Part shown: positions 14,492-19,867 of the stretch, one piece after another
Numbering within the stretch: position 1 is the first letter of the stretch
Layout of the letters: each line of letters begins with the position of its first letter
NCBI GenBank assembly: GCA_037442925.1
Contig: JBBIPG010000042.1
Location: forward strand, 1 to 19,867
DNA length: 19,867 nt
DNA from: Candidatus Fraserbacteria bacterium
GTDB lineage: Bacteria > Bipolaricaulota > Bipolaricaulia > RBG-16-55-9
Reading direction: 5' to 3'
Program-made: the position numbers and the translations under genes
The notes under the pieces: model-generated
What the model saw: only the letters and a program-made list of their open reading frames with translations
Told to the model about the DNA's origin: nothing
Databases searched by the model: none

Positions 14492-14521
14492 ATAGTAACA
14501 CATTCTTCCCTCATATGTCAA
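14492..14521 (-). promoter_or_regulatory. Promoter driving the riboswitch leader
   Basis: TTGACA (14521-14516)-18 bp-TACTAT (14497-14492) with extended TG; places the start site at the 5' end of the aptamer. Confidence 0.75.
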
Positions 14522-14548
14522 GGGGGGTAAAGGTTGCATCAGCAGAGG

Positions 14549-15715
14549 CTAAGTGAACAGGCTCTGAGCATATTCCCTGGCCCAATGATCAGCTTCCAGT
14601 ATGGATTTCAGATCCGGATGCTCAACGGGTCTATGAATAGTCAAAGTCTTTTCCAGAATCACAGCAATTTGCGTAAACGGGATTTCTCCATTCAAGAATC
14701 GCTCGACGGCTACCTCGTCCGCTGCATTCGCTGCCGCAGGGAACGTGCCTCCGTTGCGACCCGCCTCGACGACAAGCCGAAATGCCGGATACCGCCTTTC
14801 ATCCGACAAAGAAAACTCCAAGTGCAGCGAACGCCAGTCAAGTCTCTCATAGCAGTTCTGCGGCCGTTCTGGGTAGTTCAGGACATACTGAATGGGACCA
14901 CGCATATCTGGTGCACTCCAGTGAGCTAAGACGCTTCCATCGCACAGCTCGACCAGCCCATGCACAATGCTCTGCGGGTGAATCACAACATCAATCTGTT
15001 CAAACGCAAGACCAAAGAGCCAGTGGGCCTCGATCACCTCGAAGGCTTTATTGACAAGAGTGGCTGAATCAACTGTAATTCTCTTGCCCATCTGCCACGT
15101 CGGATGCTTGAGCACATCTTGAGGAGTCGCACGGGCAAGTTTTTCTAGCGGCCAATCCCGCAAGGCCCCTCCCGATGCTGTAAGTACGACCCGCGAGATC
15201 TCTTGGGGCGTTCGATTCTCCAGAAGCTGAAAGAGTGCGTTATGCTCGCTGTCTATGGGAATGAGCTTGGCACCACTTTGCTGAAGTGCTTTCTGGACGA
15301 GAGGGCCTCCCATCACAAGCGATTCTTTGTTCGCCAGTGCCACGTCAATCCCCGCTTCCAAGGCTGCCAGAGTCGGAATCAGCCCTACGGCCCCGACGAG
15401 CCCATTGACCACTAGATTAGCTCCTGACTCTGTAACGAGAGTTCTCAGGCCGTCCTCGCCGTGGGCGAACTCGATCTCTTTGCACGCAGAACCAAGTTGC
15501 TGCCGGAGAGCTTTAAGACCTAGCTCATTCTTAACTGATACCCACTTTGGTCGGAACTCACGAATCTGCTCACTCAGTAGGGAGATATCCTCGCCCGCGG
15601 CCAGGGCGATCACGTCAAAGCGGAGCTCGTCCTTATTGAAGAGACGAATCACGTCGAGCGTTTGCGTCCCGATGGAGCCGGTAGCACCGAGCACGCAGAC
15701 CCGTCTTGTTGTCAT
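14549..15715 (-). CDS. dxr: 1-deoxy-D-xylulose-5-phosphate reductoisomerase
   Basis: LGATGSIGTQTLDVI, LANKESLV, PIDSEHNA, HPTWQMGKRITVDSATLVNK. Confidence 0.98.
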   Translation of the reverse strand: MTTRRVCVLGATGSIGTQTLDVIRLFNKDELRFDVIALAAGEDISLLSEQIREFRPKWVSVKNELGLKALRQQLGSACKEIEFAHGEDGLRTLVTESGANLVVNGLVGAVGLIPTLAALEAGIDVALANKESLVMGGPLVQKALQQSGAKLIPIDSEHNALFQLLENRTPQEISRVVLTASGGALRDWPLEKLARATPQDVLKHPTWQMGKRITVDSATLVNKAFEVIEAHWLFGLAFEQIDVVIHPQSIVHGLVELCDGSVLAHWSAPDMRGPIQYVLNYPERPQNCYERLDWRSLHLEFSLSDERRYPAFRLVVEAGRNGGTFPAAANAADEVAVERFLNGEIPFTQIAVILEKTLTIHRPVEHPDLKSILEADHWAREYAQSLFT

Positions 15716-15733
15716 GGGGTCATCCGGCGTGGT

Positions 15734-17614
15734 TCAAAGAGAGGTGGGATTGGGAGCAGCTTGTGGTGCACTCTCCTTGATCAGCTGATCCAACTTCTCG
15801 CCTTCCAGAACTTCCACTTCCAAGAGCTTGTTCGCCAGTTTATGAAGGGCATCTTTGTGCTGACGCAGCAGGCTCTTCGCCCGCTCATAGCACTCCTCAA
15901 TGATCGCCTTGATCTCCTCATCGACCAGTGACGACATCTTCTCGCTGTGCTCGCGATTTAAGATCAAGTCCTGCCCGAGGAAGACGTTGCCGTCCTCGCG
16001 TCCCAGGCTGATGGGACCAACGCGATCGCTCATGCCGTAGCTCACGACCATGCGCTTGGCGATCTCGGTGGCTTGCTTGAGGTCGTTGTAGGCTCCTGTG
16101 GTGATCTCGCCGAAGCTGATCTCTTCCGCGGCCCGGCCGCCCAGCGTGCTCGTCAGCCGATCCAGCAACTCCTCCTTGGAGTAGAGATATTTGTCTTGAA
16201 GAGGAAACTGGAGTGTATATCCCAGTGCTTCCCCCCGAGGCACAATCGAAATGCGATGGACAGGATCTGCCTTCGGCAGCAACTTGCCCACTAACGCATG
16301 GCCCGCTTCATGATAGGCGATCTTGACTTTCTCTTCCTCGCTGATCAGTCGACCCTTGCGCTCGATGCCGGCGATGACCCGGTCGATCGCGTCCTCAAAA
16401 TCCTTCATGTCGATCGAGTTCTTGCCGCGTCGGGCGGCCAAAAGCGCCCCTTCATTGCACAAGTTCTCTAGATCCGCACCTACAAAGCCGGGCGTGCGGC
16501 GAGCCAGAATCGCCAGGTCCACATCGGGTGTCAGTTTCTTGTTCTGAACGTGCACCTTGAGTATGGCCTCTCTCCCTTTGATATCCGGCGGGGGGACCGT
16601 GATCTTTCGGTCGAAGCGCCCCGCTCTGAGCAGCGCGGGATCAAGGATGTCCGGGCGGTTGGTCGCGGCCAGAATGATCACGTGCTCGTTCTTCTCAAAG
16701 CCATCCATCTCCGAGAGGAGCTGATTGAGCGTCTGCTCGCGTTCGTCGTGACCGCCTCCGATGCCAGCGCCTCGCTTGCGCCCCACGGCATCGATCTCAT
16801 CGATGAAGACAATCGCACCCTTCCTGCCTTTGGTCTCGTCCTTGGCGCGCCGGAAGAGGTCGCGCACACGGGCGGCGCCCACGCCGACGAACATCTCGAC
16901 GAAGTCGCTGCCCGAAATGGAGAAGAACGGCACATCGGCCTCGCCCGCAATCGCCCGTGCCAAGAGCGTCTTGCCTGTCCCGGGCGCACCCACGAGCAAG
17001 ACGCCGCGCGGGATCTGAGCCCCCAGCCGCACGAATTTCTGCGGATCTTTCAGATATTCGACGATCTCTTGCACTTCTTCCTTCACTTCATCAATGCCCG
17101 CTACATCGGCAAACGTGACCTTTGAATACTCTTTATTGAAGACACGCGCTTGGCTACGGCCAAACGAGAAGGCACTGGTCCCTTCTCCCTGCATCCTCCG
17201 GATCATGAGATACCAGAGCATCCCGAAGAAGAGCAGGGGCAATAGATAAATCAGAATCGTCCAGAACATGGAAAAGTCCTGCTCCGGCTCCACCCTCACT
17301 GTGACGTCTGGCTGCTGCTTCAGTTGTTCGATCAACTGGGGATCATTGGGCCAGATGTTGGTGGAATACTTCTTACCCGGTTGGCCCTCCACGATCCAGG
17401 TGATCTGAGATCCTCGCAGGATGACCTCTTTGACACGATCCGCTTGAACGTCTTGGAGGAAATCGCTGTAGGTCTTGTTTTCTCCTGGAGCTGGAGTACG
17501 AAGCGACTGAAAGAGCACAACGACAAAGACGCCTGCAATGATCAAAAGCACAATGGTTCGGAAATTGCGACTCCGGCGACGTTGCTCTTCTTCGGGATTG
17601 AACTTGCCATTCAC
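15734..17614 (-). CDS. ftsH: ATP-dependent zinc metalloprotease FtsH
   Basis: Two TM helices, [19 protein letters not shown] region and HEAGH; GTG start. Confidence 0.98.
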   Translation of the reverse strand: MNGKFNPEEEQRRRSRNFRTIVLLIIAGVFVVVLFQSLRTPAPGENKTYSDFLQDVQADRVKEVILRGSQITWIVEGQPGKKYSTNIWPNDPQLIEQLKQQPDVTVRVEPEQDFSMFWTILIYLLPLLFFGMLWYLMIRRMQGEGTSAFSFGRSQARVFNKEYSKVTFADVAGIDEVKEEVQEIVEYLKDPQKFVRLGAQIPRGVLLVGAPGTGKTLLARAIAGEADVPFFSISGSDFVEMFVGVGAARVRDLFRRAKDETKGRKGAIVFIDEIDAVGRKRGAGIGGGHDEREQTLNQLLSEMDGFEKNEHVIILAATNRPDILDPALLRAGRFDRKITVPPPDIKGREAILKVHVQNKKLTPDVDLAILARRTPGFVGADLENLCNEGALLAARRGKNSIDMKDFEDAIDRVIAGIERKGRLISEEEKVKIAYHEAGHALVGKLLPKADPVHRISIVPRGEALGYTLQFPLQDKYLYSKEELLDRLTSTLGGRAAEEISFGEITTGAYNDLKQATEIAKRMVVSYGMSDRVGPISLGREDGNVFLGQDLILNREHSEKMSSLVDEEIKAIIEECYERAKSLLRQHKDALHKLANKLLEVEVLEGEKLDQLIKESAPQAAPNPTSL

Positions 17615-17659
17615 TGCGAACGATCCTCTTCCTTTCGTCCACCCTCATTGTATCCGAAA

Positions 17660-18568
17660 TCATCTCTCTGATCCAGGCAAGCGGCGCAACGCCGAGAAGA
17701 CTCTCTCGACGATCTCCAGACCCGCTCGCCGCTGCGCCTCTTGCGTCTGAGCCCCGATGTGAGGTGTGAGAACGACGCGCGGATGCTCGATCAATCGTGC
17801 ATCGCGGAAGACATCGGCGGCGTAGCCTGAGAGCCTCCCTCTCTCCAGCGCAGCTAGAACGGCCGCCTCATCGACGACCTCCGCCCGTGCTGTATTCACA
17901 ACCACAGCGGACGGTTTCACATGATTGAGCACCTCAGCATCCAACAAGTGTCGTGTTTGATGGTTGAGCGGCACGTGCAGTGAGACCACGTCGCTCTCTC
18001 GAAGAAGGGTCATCAAGTCGACTCTCGGGATCGCAAGATTCTTGGGCCCAGCATCGGGGTCGGGTTCGTGGGCGATGAGTCCCATTCCAAATGCCGAGGC
18101 CAAATGCGCCACCCGACTCCCGATCCGGCCCAAGCCGACGATTCCCAGCGTCTTCCCATGAAGCTCCCAGCCGTAGCGCTGGAGCTTCTCGCGTGAGTGG
18201 AAGCCCTCTCGCAGATGGCGTGCCAGAGCAAGCATGAGGCCCATGGTGAGCTCGGCCACCGCGTTGGCATTGGCGCCGGGTGCGTTCAACACGACTACGC
18301 CCGCTCTCTCAGCGACTTCCAGGTCGATATTATCCAGACCTGTGCCTGCGCGACCGATGACGCGCAGCCTCTTGCCCCGCTGAATGACCTCTGCTTCCAC
18401 TCGTGTGCGCCCGCGCACGATGAGCGCATCGAACTTCTCAATGACCGTGAGCAACTCTTCCGGCGAGATCTTGGGCTCGGCCGTCACTTCCACTGCCGGT
18501 TGCGCCCTCAACCAGGCAATGGCCTCTGGATGCAGTGGGTCACTAATGAGTATTCTATGAGTTGTCAT
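17660..18568 (-). CDS. D-isomer-specific 2-hydroxyacid dehydrogenase (short SerA-like, no ACT domain)
   Basis: GRAGTGLDNID, GIVGLGRIG, LHVPL, NTARA and TPHIGAQT. Confidence 0.9.
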   Translation of the reverse strand: MTTHRILISDPLHPEAIAWLRAQPAVEVTAEPKISPEELLTVIEKFDALIVRGRTRVEAEVIQRGKRLRVIGRAGTGLDNIDLEVAERAGVVVLNAPGANANAVAELTMGLMLALARHLREGFHSREKLQRYGWELHGKTLGIVGLGRIGSRVAHLASAFGMGLIAHEPDPDAGPKNLAIPRVDLMTLLRESDVVSLHVPLNHQTRHLLDAEVLNHVKPSAVVVNTARAEVVDEAAVLAALERGRLSGYAADVFRDARLIEHPRVVLTPHIGAQTQEAQRRAGLEIVERVFSALRRLPGSER

Positions 18569-18616
18569 TCTGCGTCTCCCTCATGGGTTCACCTACTGTA
18601 GCGATCTACACTCCGC

Positions 18617-18646
18617 TTGGCAACATTACCACCCCTCTGGTATCAT
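18617..18646 (+). promoter_or_regulatory. Putative promoter of the large secreted-protein gene
   Basis: TTGGCA-18 bp-TATCAT with extended TG; no SD before ATG 18655/18661. Confidence 0.45.
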
Positions 18647-18660
18647 GGCCCTGAATGGCC

Positions 18661-19867
18661 ATGATCCGAACCAATCTCTTATTTGTGCTTCTATGCGCGA
18701 TCGGCAGTGTTGTGACCGTCCCCGCATGGGCTCAGCTCCCCGAACTTGCGCAGACTCCTTCACTGGAAATACCCGATGAAGCTCAAAGCCCGTCCTATGA
18801 TGTCTCAGGCCAAGTGAACTGGCTGTTGCGCTACGGTTTGGGTGATCCTCAGGGTCTGGCGCAAAAGACGTACTCCTCTGGCCTCTTCTTCTCCCAAGCC
18901 ATCACACTGGATGCAGACATCTCCGTGCCCGTCGAACGCCCCATCCCCGGGCTTCTCTCACTCACGGCCCACCTCGATAACGAACAGCCCGAATTCCTTC
19001 AGTCCTTGCGCATGCTCTGGCAAGCGCAGGGCTGGAGTGCGGAGTTTGGTGATTTCCCCATGGGCCGACCTGGCAGTCTCTTTGCCTCTTCCTCACGCTT
19101 ACTCAAGGGGTTTCGAGTCAATTGGCAACTCAATGAGCGAGTCACCGTAAGTGGCATCTACTCTCAAGTCTCCGGCATCCTTCAGTCTCGCACCTTTCGC
19201 GGGAACACCGTAGAAGAAAGGGTCACCTTTGCTTTTCATCCGGAGAATCAGCCCTTTCTCGACCAGCCCTATCTGAAGAACCTGCGCGGCTTGGAGTATT
19301 TTGCACTTGGGGACACCTTCGTGGAAGGCTTTACGCGTGTGAAGCTCTCCTTCAGCTCTGAGTCCCGGCTGCAAGAACTCCTCTTAAGCTACGACCTGGG
19401 ATATTTATATGAAGCCATCCGAGAGGACCCGGAGCGCGAGCTGGACTCAAGCGTGTACACCGTGATTCCCACAGGAGAGGAGTATTTTCTGGCGCTACGC
19501 AATGAATTTAAGACTCTGCTCCGCGATCGACTCCGCGAGTACATCGACGATTACAACCAAGACCAGCTCCTCACAGGCGATGAACGCAAAGAGTATCCCT
19601 TAAGTGAAGGCACCGAATACGAGCAGGCCTTTCTCGAGCGTCTGAGCGACCTCGTGAAGCTCACCATCGACTCCCTCACTCTCACACCCAAAGAGAGCCA
19701 GCATCAGCGTTTCTATGCGCTGGGATACGAAGACATTCAAGAAGACTCCGTGAAGATCGAGGTCAAAGTCGACGACGAATTCACCGATATTCTCGATCCC
19801 AAACTGGCAGACTATGAATACAAAGTCTATGCCGACATCGGGATCATCGAATTGGACTTCCCCGAGG
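18661..19867 (+). CDS. Large secreted or outer-membrane protein, 5' part (runs off the window end)
   Basis: Open frame of >400 codons, absent from the track: MIRTNLLFVLLCAIGSVVTVPAWA-QLPE (signal peptide), then amphipathic beta-strand-like segments (WSAEFGDF...RLLKGFRVNW...SGIYSQVSG...RTFRG). In-frame ATG also at 18655. Confidence 0.85.
   Translation, partial: MIRTNLLFVLLCAIGSVVTVPAWAQLPELAQTPSLEIPDEAQSPSYDVSGQVNWLLRYGLGDPQGLAQKTYSSGLFFSQAITLDADISVPVERPIPGLLSLTAHLDNEQPEFLQSLRMLWQAQGWSAEFGDFPMGRPGSLFASSSRLLKGFRVNWQLNERVTVSGIYSQVSGILQSRTFRGNTVEERVTFAFHPENQPFLDQPYLKNLRGLEYFALGDTFVEGFTRVKLSFSSESRLQELLLSYDLGYLYEAIREDPERELDSSVYTVIPTGEEYFLALRNEFKTLLRDRLREYIDDYNQDQLLTGDERKEYPLSEGTEYEQAFLERLSDLVKLTIDSLTLTPKESQHQRFYALGYEDIQEDSVKIEVKVDDEFTDILDPKLADYEYKVYADIGIIELDFPE

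Noticed and set aside
15734..17614. Antisense and alternative-frame ORFs within ftsH (likewise in murJ, mrp and dxr)
   Set aside because: Typical shadow ORFs of GC-rich coding DNA, with no recognisable motifs.
18842..19374. Track ORFs 18842..19150 (+) and 19099..19374 (-)
   Set aside because: They are shadow frames of the long open frame starting at 18661.

Overview
Bacterial chromosomal window with three parts. (1) 1-4.1 kb is an accessory island. It holds the end of an IS5-family element inserted in a DUF5678-like gene, then three small toxin-antitoxin-like modules: a nucleotidyltransferase + wHTH pair, hicB-hicA, and DUF5678 + retropepsin-like protease. The modules are separated by four direct copies of a ~38-bp repeat (TGCTTNTCTGTCAACGGAT-N6/7-CGGAT-N3-CGGA), giving a cassette-array-like layout that ends just upstream of rplI. 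An unannotated 36-aa membrane peptide ORF and a truncated copy of it lie next to two of the repeats. (2) Core genes: rplI, a phosphodiester glycosidase-family gene and murJ; an Rrf2-ApbC/Mrp-DUF59-Cys-rich operon; a tetraheme cytochrome c; a SerA-like dehydrogenase, ftsH and dxr; and the 5' part of a large secreted or outer-membrane protein that is missing from the ORF track. (3) Between dxr and the cytochrome gene, a c-di-GMP-I (GEMM-I) riboswitch with a readable expression platform precedes an uncharacterised three-gene envelope operon (lipoprotein, secreted tandem-domain protein, membrane protein). All family calls come from recognising motifs by eye; no searches were run.
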